From Dehalococcoidia bacterium (GTDB lineage Bacteria; Chloroflexota; Dehalococcoidia; Bin125): a stretch of DNA of 64,000 nucleotides. Positions 1-9,380 of the stretch are shown piece by piece. Every line of letters begins with the position of its first letter. Position 1 is the stretch's first letter. The notes under the pieces are model-generated. The model ran no database searches. It was not told the DNA's origin and was given only the letters and a program-made list of their open reading frames with translations. The translations under genes were made by a program, and so were the position numbers. The DNA lies in contig CBDCPP010000002.1 in the NCBI GenBank assembly GCA_965220315.1, positions 690,146 through 754,145 on the forward strand, read 5' to 3'.

Positions 1-89
1 AGCCGCAGTCTGGCGTACTCCATGTCGTGCCCGGCATGCGTCCCCTTGGGGAAGCCGCCCGCGATCAGGTGTGCTCGGCGCGTTTCCAT
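1..89 (-). CDS. 5' end of an unidentified gene running off the left window edge (partial)
   Basis: ATG at 89-87 (minus) is preceded by GGGGAGG 7 nt upstream. It reads METRRAHLIAGGFPKGTHAGHDMEYARLR to the edge. Too short to assign a family. Confidence 0.4.
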   Translation of the reverse strand, partial: METRRAHLIAGGFPKGTHAGHDMEYARLR

Positions 90-286
90 CGTTTGGCCTC
101 CCCGGCTGCGTGGGACCATTCCCGACGGCGATTCTAGTGGATGGATCGAAGATGGGCCGCAGCAGGCGGGCGCGCCGCGGCCGGGACGCGAGAGGCCCGC
201 CGTCGCGGTATCATCACGGTCCACGACGGCGTCGTCCGAGGAGCGCTGGCGGCGGCGCTTGGACCGACGATGAAAGAGGGGGCGGA

Positions 287-1225
287 ATGTCGAAGCCGGG
301 GATCATCCTTAGCGCGGAGCCGGGCCATCGCAAGGCCGCGATCATAGCCGCCCGCGAGCTGGAGCGGCGCGGTTTTCCGCAGCTGCTCTGCCCCTACGAC
401 TACGGTCTCCCGGAAGGGGAATGGATCGCGAACGTCACGGAAGCCTACGACGCCCTCAGTCTCAGCACCGCCATTCTGCAGGCGACGCACGAGATCCACG
501 TCGGGACGGGGATCAGCGTCACCTACATGCGCCATCCGGCCGACGTGGCCGCGGCCGCCTCCTTCAACCACGAGATCAGCAACGGCCGCTTCACGCTGGG
601 CTTGGGTTCGGGCGTCAACGAGTTCCTGCTGCGCTTCGGCGTGCAGCCCGAGCGGCCCTTGGCGCACCTGCGCAGCTACGTAGAGCGCTTGCGCGCCGCG
701 GCGCCCCGGCAGCCGCTGCCGCCCATTCTGATCGCGGCCGTCCGCCCGCGCATGATCCGCCTCGCTTCCGAGATCGCCGACGGGCCGCTGGGCGCCAACT
801 GGGCCCTTTCCTCCATGCCGGCGCTCCTCGAGGCGATCCCGGCCGAGCGGCGGCAAAGCGTCACGGTGGGGAATGTCGCCCCCATCTGGATCACGGACGA
901 TCGCGCCGAAGGCTTGGCCTTCATGCGCCGCTTCCTGGGTTTGCACATGCGCCTCGCCAACTTCCGTAGCTACTTCGCCGATGCTGGCTACGAGAGCGAG
1001 GTCGCGCGCGTGCTGGCGGCACTGGAGACGGGGGACGATGCCGGCGTTGAGGCGGCCATCTCCGAGCGGATGGCGGACGATATCGGCATCTTCGGCACGC
1101 GCTCGCAGATCCGAGACAAGGTGGAGGCGTGGCAGGCGCTGGGGGTAACGCTGACGGTTTCGACGCTGCTCACGATCAAGAATCAACCGACGGCCGTGCT
1201 GCGCGTCGCCGAACTGTTCGACTAG
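287..1225 (+). CDS. LLM-class (luciferase-like) flavin/F420-dependent oxidoreductase
   Basis: Taken from the 71..1225 ORF, with the likely start at ATG 287 (MSKPGIILSAE) after GAAAGAGGGGGCGGA. The length and sequence pattern (GISVTYMRHP, GRFTLGLGSG) are typical of the LLM family. Confidence 0.75.
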   Translation: MSKPGIILSAEPGHRKAAIIAARELERRGFPQLLCPYDYGLPEGEWIANVTEAYDALSLSTAILQATHEIHVGTGISVTYMRHPADVAAAASFNHEISNGRFTLGLGSGVNEFLLRFGVQPERPLAHLRSYVERLRAAAPRQPLPPILIAAVRPRMIRLASEIADGPLGANWALSSMPALLEAIPAERRQSVTVGNVAPIWITDDRAEGLAFMRRFLGLHMRLANFRSYFADAGYESEVARVLAALETGDDAGVEAAISERMADDIGIFGTRSQIRDKVEAWQALGVTLTVSTLLTIKNQPTAVLRVAELFD

Positions 1226-1328
1226 GATTCGTAAGACCATCCCGGCGCTTCCCAGGAGCGCGCCCGCCGGCTCGCGGTGGAACCGGCGGGCGGTCGCCTT
1301 GAGGGTTCGGTAGAGAGGGTGGAGCCAG

Positions 1329-3509
1329 GTGCTTCGCGGTTACGCGGACCCGATCTCGACTGCTCCCGGCCGCGCCGTCGACTTGATGGTGAGCACCGAC
1401 GCCCGCGAGTTCTCGCTGGAGGTCGTGCGGCTGCTCCACGGCGATCCCAACCCGGCCGGGCCCGGCTATCAGGACGAAGCCACGGACTGGGTGGCTCCGG
1501 GACCCTATCCGGGCCGCGTGCAGGCGATCCATCCCGGCTCGTATCTCAAGCTGCCCCCGCCCGGCGAGTCGCTTACCAGCGTCACCTTTGTCTGTTGGGT
1601 CTGCCCGACCGCGCCGGCGCCGCGCGATCAACCGATCCTGACGTGGGGTGAGGAGCCCGGCCTCGCGTTCGCGCTGCGGATCGACGGCGACTACCGGCTG
1701 ACGGGGACCGTGACGGATTCCGGCCGGGCCGACCGCTGGCTCCGGCACAGCGTGCCGCTGCAGCCGGCGCGCTGGTGCTTCGTGGGGTTCACCTTCGACG
1801 CGGCCCGGCGCGAGTTGGGACTGCTCGCCGGCCCGCGCGGATGCGATGACGCGATCGTCGATCGTGCGCGCGTCGGCGCGGCGGAGGTCTTCCCAGCCGC
1901 CGGACCAATGCTGGTCGGCGGGGTGCTGCGCCAGGGCGTCGTGCAAGCGGCGTTCAACGGGAAGATCGCCCACCCGCGGCTCCTTGCGGCGGCCTTGGAC
2001 GACATCGACATCTTCGCAGTGGCGAAGGGCGTCAATCCGCCTGGGGTGGAGGTGCTCGGGGACTGGGATCTGAGCCGCCAGATCGACACCGATCGCGTGA
2101 TTGACGTGTCGGGGAAGGCTCGGCACGGCGTCGCCCACAACGCCCCCAGCCGTGGCGTGCCCGGCCCGCGCTGGCGCGGCGCCGAACTCGATGTCTATAG
2201 CAGCGCTCCTTCCGAATACGACGCCGTCCACCTGCACGACGACGACATGGACGACGCGGGTTGGGAGCCGTCGCTGCGAATCGCCGTCCCCTCCGGCGCG
2301 CGCAGCGGCATCTATGCTGCACGGCTGCATGCCGGCGCCGAGGATCTGACGCTGCCCCTGATCGTCCGCGATACCTCCCCGCGGCGCGCTCCCGTCCTCT
2401 TCATCGTGCCGACGCTCACCTGGCAGGCCTACTCGAACTGGGGCGAGCCGCAGCGGCATCGCCACGGTCTCTCGCTCTACAGCGTCCACAACGACGGCAG
2501 CAGCAATTACTATGCCTCGCTGCGCCGCCCCTCCGCTTCGTACGACCCGTGCGCGTATTTCGATCCGGGCGAAGGCCGCGCCGAGCCCGATCCCGATCCC
2601 GATCCCGATCCCGGGGCCGAGCCGGTGCCGCAGTTCTCGCATGGCCTGATGGCGGACCTGTACACGATCCACTGGCTCGAGCACCTCGGCATCGAGTACG
2701 CCGTCATCAGCGATCACGTTTTTCATGATCTAGGAGAAGCGGCCCTTGCCGGACACCAAGTGGTGGTCAGCGCCGGGCATCACGAGTATTGGACGGAGCG
2801 GATGCTCGACTCGCTGGACGGCTATCTTCGCGCCGGTGGCCGCTTCATGTACCTAGGAGGCAATGGCCTCTACTGGGTGACCTCCATTGATGCCCGGCGC
2901 CCGCATCTGATGGAGGTCCGGCGTTTCGGCGGACATTCCACCTCGAAGGCCGAGCCCGGCGAGCGCCAGCACAGCACAACGCTTGAAACGGGTGGGACTT
3001 GGCGGACGCGGGGTCGGCCACCACAGCAGCTCGTTGGCGTGGGCTTCGGGGGGGTGGGGTTCACGCGCGCGGCGGGGTACCGTCGCCTTCCAGGCAGCTT
3101 CGACCCGCGAGCCGCCTTCATCTTCGAAGGCGTGGGCGCGGACGAGCCGATCGGCGATTTCGGGTTGAACTTGGGCGGGGCGGCCGGATATGAGATCGAC
3201 CGCTTCGCACCCGAGCTTGGGTCGCCTCCGCACACGCTGCTCCTGGCGGCGTCGTTCAACCACGGCTCGAACTACTTCCGTGCGGCCGACGAAGGCATTG
3301 GGCGCGCGCCCGACGATGCCCAGGTCCGCGCCGACATGGTCTACTTCGAAACGCCCAACGGCGGCGCCGTCTTTAGTACCGGGTCGATCACCTGGACCGG
3401 ATCCCTCTCCCACCGGAACTACGCAAACTCGCTCGCTCGCGTGACCACCAACGTGCTGCGCCGCTTTATGGACCCTCGTCCGCTCGGCGAGACCGGCGCG
3501 GGCAAGTAG
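1329..3509 (+). CDS. N,N-dimethylformamidase beta-subunit-like family protein
   Basis: 726 aa with a GTG start. Motifs PTLTWQAYSNWG, GHHEYWT and GGNGLYW are recalled from the DMFase large-subunit-like family. Substrate unknown. Confidence 0.65.
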   Translation: MLRGYADPISTAPGRAVDLMVSTDAREFSLEVVRLLHGDPNPAGPGYQDEATDWVAPGPYPGRVQAIHPGSYLKLPPPGESLTSVTFVCWVCPTAPAPRDQPILTWGEEPGLAFALRIDGDYRLTGTVTDSGRADRWLRHSVPLQPARWCFVGFTFDAARRELGLLAGPRGCDDAIVDRARVGAAEVFPAAGPMLVGGVLRQGVVQAAFNGKIAHPRLLAAALDDIDIFAVAKGVNPPGVEVLGDWDLSRQIDTDRVIDVSGKARHGVAHNAPSRGVPGPRWRGAELDVYSSAPSEYDAVHLHDDDMDDAGWEPSLRIAVPSGARSGIYAARLHAGAEDLTLPLIVRDTSPRRAPVLFIVPTLTWQAYSNWGEPQRHRHGLSLYSVHNDGSSNYYASLRRPSASYDPCAYFDPGEGRAEPDPDPDPDPGAEPVPQFSHGLMADLYTIHWLEHLGIEYAVISDHVFHDLGEAALAGHQVVVSAGHHEYWTERMLDSLDGYLRAGGRFMYLGGNGLYWVTSIDARRPHLMEVRRFGGHSTSKAEPGERQHSTTLETGGTWRTRGRPPQQLVGVGFGGVGFTRAAGYRRLPGSFDPRAAFIFEGVGADEPIGDFGLNLGGAAGYEIDRFAPELGSPPHTLLLAASFNHGSNYFRAADEGIGRAPDDAQVRADMVYFETPNGGAVFSTGSITWTGSLSHRNYANSLARVTTNVLRRFMDPRPLGETGAGK
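2586..2612. repeat. Hexanucleotide microsatellite (CCCGAT)x4 plus a partial unit, encoding PDPDPDPDPG
   Basis: Read directly at 2586-2612 inside the DMFase-like CDS. Confidence 0.9.
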
Positions 3510-3515
3510 ACTGCC

Positions 3516-4253
3516 TCAGAGACGCTGGCCGATCTCAAAGCGCTGCAGCAGGCGAGTAGCCGCGAAGGCCGTCAGCACGGTGAGGCTGGCCGCCGCGATC
3601 AGCGCGGGGCCTCCGGCTAGATCGGCCGTCAGCACATCGCGCGGCGCCCCGCTGATCAGATCGGCGACTCCCACCGTGTACTGCCGCACGGAGATCCAGC
3701 GAGTCGCATCGAAGATGCCGGGTATGATCCCTTCCCAGACGAGGACGTAGGCCAGGCCGAACAGGAGGGCGCGGCTCGTCAGCACGCTGAGCGCTACGAA
3801 AAGCGCGCAATACACCACCGCCCCCACTGCCACTGCCCCCGCGAAAGCGGGCGTTAGCGCCGCCTCGTCTCCGCCCAGGACGATCACGGAGGCCAGCACC
3901 GCCGGTGGTAAAACCAGGGCGATCGTGGCCCCTGCCGCCACGGCGATCTTCACAAGAACGATCCGCCACCGCGCGACAGGCTTGGCGAGCAGGTAGACCG
4001 CCGTTCCGTCCTCGATCTCCGCACCCAGGGCGCCCGTGCCAAACACCAGCGCCGCCAGCGGCAGCACGGTCGCGATCACCAGCGCGTCGAGCATCCCCGC
4101 AGCGAACTCGATCGGCAGTGGATTCATTTCGTCGCTGCCCAGGCGATAGACGGCCGCCACCAGGATGGGGATCAGCGCGAGCAGCAGGATGAACATGCTG
4201 CGCCTTCGTCCCAGAAGCTGCCGCGCTGTGAGCGTCAGTAATGCGCGGGTCAT
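3516..4253 (-). CDS. ABC-2 type transporter permease
   Basis: 245 aa, multi-TM and hydrophobic. Its start overlaps the stop of the upstream ATPase gene by 4 nt. Confidence 0.7.
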   Translation of the reverse strand: MTRALLTLTARQLLGRRRSMFILLLALIPILVAAVYRLGSDEMNPLPIEFAAGMLDALVIATVLPLAALVFGTGALGAEIEDGTAVYLLAKPVARWRIVLVKIAVAAGATIALVLPPAVLASVIVLGGDEAALTPAFAGAVAVGAVVYCALFVALSVLTSRALLFGLAYVLVWEGIIPGIFDATRWISVRQYTVGVADLISGAPRDVLTADLAGGPALIAAASLTVLTAFAATRLLQRFEIGQRL

Positions 4254-5176
4254 CGGCGCACCAAGTAGGAGAAGACGCTCTCCAACGATTCATCCGACGG
4301 GCGCAACTGCAGCAATGTGACCCCCGCATCGCGAATCACTGGCGCGACGCAGGCTGTGAAAGCTGCATAGTCGGTTGTGTGTACCTCAAGACCGTCCTCG
4401 GCGACGGTCACGGCGCGCACCTCGGGCCGCGCGATCAGCAACGACGCCACCCGCCGGTCGTCTGTCGTGAGCAGCGAGAACGAGTGCGGCCGGTCGGTCA
4501 TCAAGCGGCGGATCGCTTGGAAGTCGCCCGAAGCCGCCAATTGCCCAGCCAAAATCACGAGCACTTCGTCGGCCAGACGCTCGACCTCCTCAAGGATGTG
4601 CGATGAGAAGAGGATGGTGCGTCCCTCCGCCGCCATCTCGCGGAGCAGCGCCATTAAATGCAGCCGCTGCCGCGGGTCCGTGCCGTTGAACGGCTCGTCC
4701 AGGATGAGCACCTGAGGATCGTGCACGATGGCGGCCGCGATCTTCGCCCGTTGCCGCATCCCCTTCGAGTAATCCCGCATCGGCCGATCCTGGTCGGCTT
4801 CCAACCCAACCCAAGCGATCGCACGCGCGGCTGCGGCCGCCGGATCCGGCAAGCTCTGCAACCGCGCGCTGGCAACCGCGAATTCGTGGGCGCTGAGGAA
4901 CCCGTAGACCGCTTCGCTCTCCGGGACCAAGCCCACGCGGCGGAAGATCCTCGGATCGCCCCAAGCGGGCTGCCCCAGCACGCGTACTTCGCCCGCTGAG
5001 GGCCGCAAGAATCCGGCCAGCAGGTGCAGGATGGTCGATTTGCCTGCTCCGTTCGGCCCGAGCAGTCCCGTTACGCCCGGCTGAAAATCGAACGAGATGT
5101 CGTTCACGGCGACGATGTTGCCGTACCAGCGGGAAACATGATCGAGGCTGACCGTGGGACTTGCTGAATTAGTCAC
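4250..5176 (-). CDS. ABC transporter ATP-binding protein
   Basis: Walker A GPNGAGKST, signature YSKGMRQR, Walker B LILDEP. Trimmed from the 4250..5587 ORF to GTG 5176 (VTNSASPTVSLDHV), which forms a GTGA overlap with the upstream permease stop. Confidence 0.85.
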   Translation of the reverse strand: MTNSASPTVSLDHVSRWYGNIVAVNDISFDFQPGVTGLLGPNGAGKSTILHLLAGFLRPSAGEVRVLGQPAWGDPRIFRRVGLVPESEAVYGFLSAHEFAVASARLQSLPDPAAAAARAIAWVGLEADQDRPMRDYSKGMRQRAKIAAAIVHDPQVLILDEPFNGTDPRQRLHLMALLREMAAEGRTILFSSHILEEVERLADEVLVILAGQLAASGDFQAIRRLMTDRPHSFSLLTTDDRRVASLLIARPEVRAVTVAEDGLEVHTTDYAAFTACVAPVIRDAGVTLLQLRPSDESLESVFSYLVRR

Positions 5177-6078
5177 ACGCTCCTCCGCAATCGCGTGCGC
5201 AGCAGTGCCGTTGCCGCTGCGGCATAGGCAAAGGCGGCGAGGATGAACACGCCCCCGGGCAGATCGACGGACGCGATCACGGAATCGGGGCCACCACCCA
5301 GAGAGGCGCCGGCCGGGACCTCGCCGAACAGCACCAGAGTGAAGGCGCGCATCACATGGACCGGGCTGGCAAAAACCGCGTAGCTGGCGTCGCCACTTAC
5401 GCCAGCGATCACCTGCACGACTAGGAAGGGGATGAGGAGAATCGCCAGCACGCTGATGATGGCCAGAGCGCGGCGCTCGGCGTAGGTCGCCGTCATCAGT
5501 CCTACGGCTGCGAAGGTGATGCTGATCATGAGCCCGCTGCCCACGATCGGCGCGAAATCCACTGCGTTGGCCTCCGCCCATCCCCACGCGTCCTCGGCGC
5601 CCAGCCAGTTGCCGAAGAACATCACCGTTTGCGGCAAGAGCGTGACCGCGAGCAGGCCGGTAACCAACGCCGCGAGCTTCGCCGCGCCGTAGTCGGCCCA
5701 GCGGATGGGCCTCGAGAAGTACAGCACGAGAGTTCCAAAGCGCCGGTCATTCCCCACCAAATCCGACGCCAGCGCCGCCGTGAAGAGGAGGATGATGTAT
5801 TGAATCAAGTCGTAGTACTCGTGCGGCTGCACGAATGCGAAGTCCTCCTCTGGGCCGATGGCCGCGAATATCACTTGGATCAACGCTGGAATCAGCGCTA
5901 CGGCTACCAGCCCAAAGGCCAAAACCTTAGGCAGTGCTCCCCGGCCCAGCCCGAAAGCGCTGCGCAGACTCAGGACATACAGCGACCAAACGGCGAAGCG
6001 CCGTCCTCGCCGGGGTCCGTCGTAGCCCTCGTAGCCCAGGTCGTAGATCGTGCCGCGAGGTACTGGCCCCATCGTCAT
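5173..6078 (-). CDS. ABC-2 type transporter permease
   Basis: 301 aa, multi-TM, with an ATGA overlap with the upstream ATPase stop. Confidence 0.7.
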   Translation of the reverse strand: MTMGPVPRGTIYDLGYEGYDGPRRGRRFAVWSLYVLSLRSAFGLGRGALPKVLAFGLVAVALIPALIQVIFAAIGPEEDFAFVQPHEYYDLIQYIILLFTAALASDLVGNDRRFGTLVLYFSRPIRWADYGAAKLAALVTGLLAVTLLPQTVMFFGNWLGAEDAWGWAEANAVDFAPIVGSGLMISITFAAVGLMTATYAERRALAIISVLAILLIPFLVVQVIAGVSGDASYAVFASPVHVMRAFTLVLFGEVPAGASLGGGPDSVIASVDLPGGVFILAAFAYAAAATALLRTRLRRSV

Positions 6079-7010
6079 GTCACCGGGGTCCCTTCCCCTG
6101 CGGAACTGAACAGATCCTCCAGCGTGTGGCGGCGCTGCTCGAGGCGCACGAGCGGCAACCCTGCCTCCGCTACCGCCGTGACGATCGCGTCGTGGACGGG
6201 GGTTGCTTCCGCCGGATCGACTGAGATCTCCAGCAGGCGGCCCGCCGCCTTCGCCTGGACGCCAACCGTCGCCAGCCTGCGCGCGATCGGGTCGGCGGCC
6301 CCGTCCACCTCCACTACCAGCAGGCGGGTGACGCCCGTGAGGTCGGCGATCTGCCCCGCCCGGACGAGCTTTCCCTGCTCGATCATGATCAGCGAATCAC
6401 AGACGCGCTCGATCTCGGTTAGCAGATGTGACGACATAATAATAGAAATACCGAACTCGTGGCCGATGCGCTCGATCAGGGCCAGCATTTCCTCGCGGCC
6501 CTCGGGGTCCAAGCCATTCGCCGGTTCGTCCAGCAGCAGCAGCTTGGGATCGTGGGCCAGCGCCTGAGCGAGCTTGACGCGTTGCTTCATGCCGGTGGAG
6601 TAACCCTGCATGCGGCGGTAGCGTTCCTCGGACAGGCCCACATAGCGCAGCGCAGCGTCCCCCCGCTCACGTGCGGCCGCGGCTGGGAGGCCGCTCATCC
6701 GCGCCATGTGCACGACAAAATCCACGGCGGAGAGATCACCGGGCAGGCAATCATGCTCGGGCGCATAGCCGACCAGTTCGCGCACCCGCAGGGACTCTCG
6801 ACCGGCGTCGAAGCCCAGCACGGTAGCAGCGCCGCTGGTTGGCGACAGCAGCCCTAGCAGGATCTTGATCAGGGTGCTCTTGCCTGCGCCATTGGGGCCG
6901 ACCAGTCCGACGGTTCCGGGCTCTACGCTCAGATCGACGGCGTCAAGCGCGACCACTCCCGGGTAGTGCTTGCTGAGCGCTTCCGTACGAATCAGGGGCG
7001 TCGAGATCAC
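6075..7010 (-). CDS. ABC transporter ATP-binding protein
   Basis: Walker A GPNGAGKST, signature YSTGMKQR, Walker B LLLDEP. GTG start at 7010. Confidence 0.85.
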   Translation of the reverse strand: MISTPLIRTEALSKHYPGVVALDAVDLSVEPGTVGLVGPNGAGKSTLIKILLGLLSPTSGAATVLGFDAGRESLRVRELVGYAPEHDCLPGDLSAVDFVVHMARMSGLPAAAARERGDAALRYVGLSEERYRRMQGYSTGMKQRVKLAQALAHDPKLLLLDEPANGLDPEGREEMLALIERIGHEFGISIIMSSHLLTEIERVCDSLIMIEQGKLVRAGQIADLTGVTRLLVVEVDGAADPIARRLATVGVQAKAAGRLLEISVDPAEATPVHDAIVTAVAEAGLPLVRLEQRRHTLEDLFSSAGEGTPVT

Positions 7011-7097
7011 CGGTGCGCTGCCTGCGCCTGGTGCGAGCGAAATCGATCCATGGGGCCATGGTAGGAAGCGCGATCGCTACAAGCACGAACGCGCGTG

Positions 7098-7931
7098 CTA
7101 GAGGATCTGTGAGAGGAAGAGCTTGGTCCGTTCTTCACGCGGATTCGTGAAGAAGTGTTCGGGCGTGCCCTCTTCGACCAGCGCGCCTTCGTCGAAAAAG
7201 AAGAGGCGGTCGGCGACTTCGCGGGCGAAGCCCATCTCGTGCGTCACGACGAGCATCGTCATGCCCGATTCGGCCAGCTCCTGCATCACGTCCAGCACTT
7301 CCTTGATCATCTCTGGATCAAGGGCCGAGGTCGGCTCGTCGAACAGCATGATCTTGGGCTGCATCGCCAGCGCGCGGGCGATGGCGACGCGCTGCTGCTG
7401 GCCGCCGGAAAGCTGCGCCGGGTGCTTCTCCGCCTGCTCCGGGATGCCGACACGCTCCAGCAGCTCGATCGCCAGCGTCTCTGCATCGATCCTGGGCAGG
7501 TGGCGCACCTTCTGCGGGCCGAGCGTGATGTTGTTCAACACGGAGAGATGCGGAAACAAGTTGAACTGCTGGAAGACCATTCCCACTTCGGAGCGGATCG
7601 CATTGAGGTTGCGCACGTCTTCGTTCAGCTCGATGCCGTTGATCACGATGCGTCCAGCGTCGTGCTCGTCGAGGCGGTTGAGGCAGCGAATGAAGGTCGA
7701 TTTGCCGGAGCCGGAGGGCCCGAGGATGACGACGATTTCGTGCTCCTTGACGGAGAGGCTGATGTTGTCGAGTGCTTGGAAGTCGCCAAACCATTTGTCG
7801 ACATGCGAAACCGTGATGATGTCGGGCTGGCCAACGAGGCGTTCGGGCACCATCGAGCCTTGCTCCGAACGTGCCTCCCCGCCTTTCTTCGGCGGCGCCG
7901 GTTCGGTGAGGGCGGTGTCTTCGGTGGTCAT
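7098..7931 (-). CDS. Polar amino-acid ABC transporter ATP-binding protein (GlnQ/AapP-like)
   Basis: [37 protein letters not shown]. The first ~30 aa form an extension, so the start is uncertain. Confidence 0.9.
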   Translation of the reverse strand: MTTEDTALTEPAPPKKGGEARSEQGSMVPERLVGQPDIITVSHVDKWFGDFQALDNISLSVKEHEIVVILGPSGSGKSTFIRCLNRLDEHDAGRIVINGIELNEDVRNLNAIRSEVGMVFQQFNLFPHLSVLNNITLGPQKVRHLPRIDAETLAIELLERVGIPEQAEKHPAQLSGGQQQRVAIARALAMQPKIMLFDEPTSALDPEMIKEVLDVMQELAESGMTMLVVTHEMGFAREVADRLFFFDEGALVEEGTPEHFFTNPREERTKLFLSQIL

Positions 7932-7998
7932 ATTGCGCTCCTCGCACTGGTCGGGGTCGGTTGCCTGCTACCGCTCGGTCGGCGGTGGCAGGAGGAGG

Positions 7999-9366
7999 TC
8001 AGCGTTCACCGATGCCCTGGGCGCGCTCCATGCGCTGGGAGATGCGCGACATCATGAAGGCGACGATCCAGAAGGCGACCGCGACGAAGATGTAGGCCTC
8101 GATCCGGTCAGGGATGAATTCGGATTGGGCGATGGCGCTGTCGGCGTTTCCTTTGAGTTCGCGGAGGGGAAGGATGACGGTAATAAGGGTAGTGTCTTTC
8201 CAGATCGAGATCGCTTGGCCGACGATGGGCGGGATGGAGATTCGGAACGCCTGCGGCATGATGATCAGACGCAGGGACTGCGCGCGGCTCAGTCCGACGG
8301 CTTGAGCGGCCTCGTACTGGCCGCGGGGGAGTGTTTGCAGGGCGCCGCGGATGTACTCGGCCATGTAGGCGGCGGTGAAGACGGCGAGCACGACCATTGT
8401 GCGGATGATCAGGTCGCCGCCGATGATGTCGTCGAGAATGAAGAGGGCGACAAACAACCAGCCGAGCAGCGGGGCGCCGCGAACGGTCTCGATGTAGGTG
8501 GTACAGGTCCATTTGATCGCGTGGAGTTTGGAGGCGCGGCCAATCGCCAGTGGGACCGCGATGATGAGGCCGCCGACGATGCCGACGGGGGCGAGGATGA
8601 GGTTGAGCAAAAAGCCGTCTAACTCGCGCATACTCGCGCCGCCTCCGGCCATGAGGAAAACGAGCACGATTGGCAGCGCGAGGACCATGAGGCCGCCAAC
8701 GATCCGGTTGGCGCCGGTGCGGGTGGGGAAGACGGCGATGCGGACGGCGCGAGCGCGAGCCAGGATTGGGACGGTTTTATCGAACCCGCCGCGTAGGGAG
8801 AAAGCGTCGTCGAACGCGAAGCGCAGGAGGGTGACTCGGGTCGAGAGCGAGCGCTGGCGAGCGCGTTCGCGGCCGATGGTGCGGGCGATGAGGTAGCCGA
8901 GGAAGAGCAGGGCGATGTTGAGCAGGAACCAGAGCGAGGACCAAAAGGCAGCCCCGCCGTGGCCCATGAAGAGAACGACGGCGATGCCGGCGATGACGAT
9001 GAAGAGGTGGTCTTTGCGTCCGAGACTGGACCACATGCCGTAGGCCATGCCGATCAGGGCGAGGACGAAGCCCATGGCAGCCCACAAGCGCCATTCCTGT
9101 TCGTGAGGGAAGCTGCCGACGAAGAGCAGCCAGCGGTTCTCCGTGATGACTCGCCAGTTCGCGTCGAAGAAGACGAACCCGACGACGCCGGCGGCGAGCG
9201 CGGCGATGAAGGCGACGCTGACGATGGTGAGTAGCGTCCCCGCTTTGGATGGGAACAGGTTGCGGTGGATCCACTCGCGGGCGCGGACGGAACGAGGGCG
9301 GCGGGCGCGCTGGCGGTGCGGTGGCAGCACGATCCGCGGCTGTAGGGCGGGCAGCTGCTGAGCCAT
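7999..9366 (-). CDS. Amino-acid ABC transporter permease (AapM-like, extended N-terminus)
   Basis: 455 aa and multi-TM. It carries an EAA-type loop region (EAAQAVGLSRAQSLRLIIMPQA). Confidence 0.8.
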   Translation of the reverse strand: MAQQLPALQPRIVLPPHRQRARRPRSVRAREWIHRNLFPSKAGTLLTIVSVAFIAALAAGVVGFVFFDANWRVITENRWLLFVGSFPHEQEWRLWAAMGFVLALIGMAYGMWSSLGRKDHLFIVIAGIAVVLFMGHGGAAFWSSLWFLLNIALLFLGYLIARTIGRERARQRSLSTRVTLLRFAFDDAFSLRGGFDKTVPILARARAVRIAVFPTRTGANRIVGGLMVLALPIVLVFLMAGGGASMRELDGFLLNLILAPVGIVGGLIIAVPLAIGRASKLHAIKWTCTTYIETVRGAPLLGWLFVALFILDDIIGGDLIIRTMVVLAVFTAAYMAEYIRGALQTLPRGQYEAAQAVGLSRAQSLRLIIMPQAFRISIPPIVGQAISIWKDTTLITVILPLRELKGNADSAIAQSEFIPDRIEAYIFVAVAFWIVAFMMSRISQRMERAQGIGER

Positions 9367-9380
9367 ATGCGCTGCTCCCT

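Noticed and set aside
134-2726. Very long ORFs antisense to or overlapping annotated genes. Examples are 134..1240(-), 1176..2726(-), 7123..8622(+), 25916..27010(+), 32839..33984(+), 48554..49726(-), 49696..50787(+), 51015..52097 upstream extension and 54166..55104(-).
   Set aside because: Their translations are Arg/Ala/Gly/Pro-rich low-complexity strings without motifs. They lie opposite or out of frame to ORFs with clear family signatures. This is the expected stop-codon-poor artefact of ~70% GC DNA.
4250-5587. The full-length 445-aa ORF for the second ABC ATPase, and similarly extended N-termini for 10767..11969, 21885..23303, 23221..25569, 25509..26333, 34193..36316, 39586..40806, 40706..41602 and 60162..63653.
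   Set aside because: The extensions overlap the upstream genes, are Arg-rich and lack homology signatures. Internal starts give canonical N-termini, RBS-like sequences or 4-nt start/stop overlaps.
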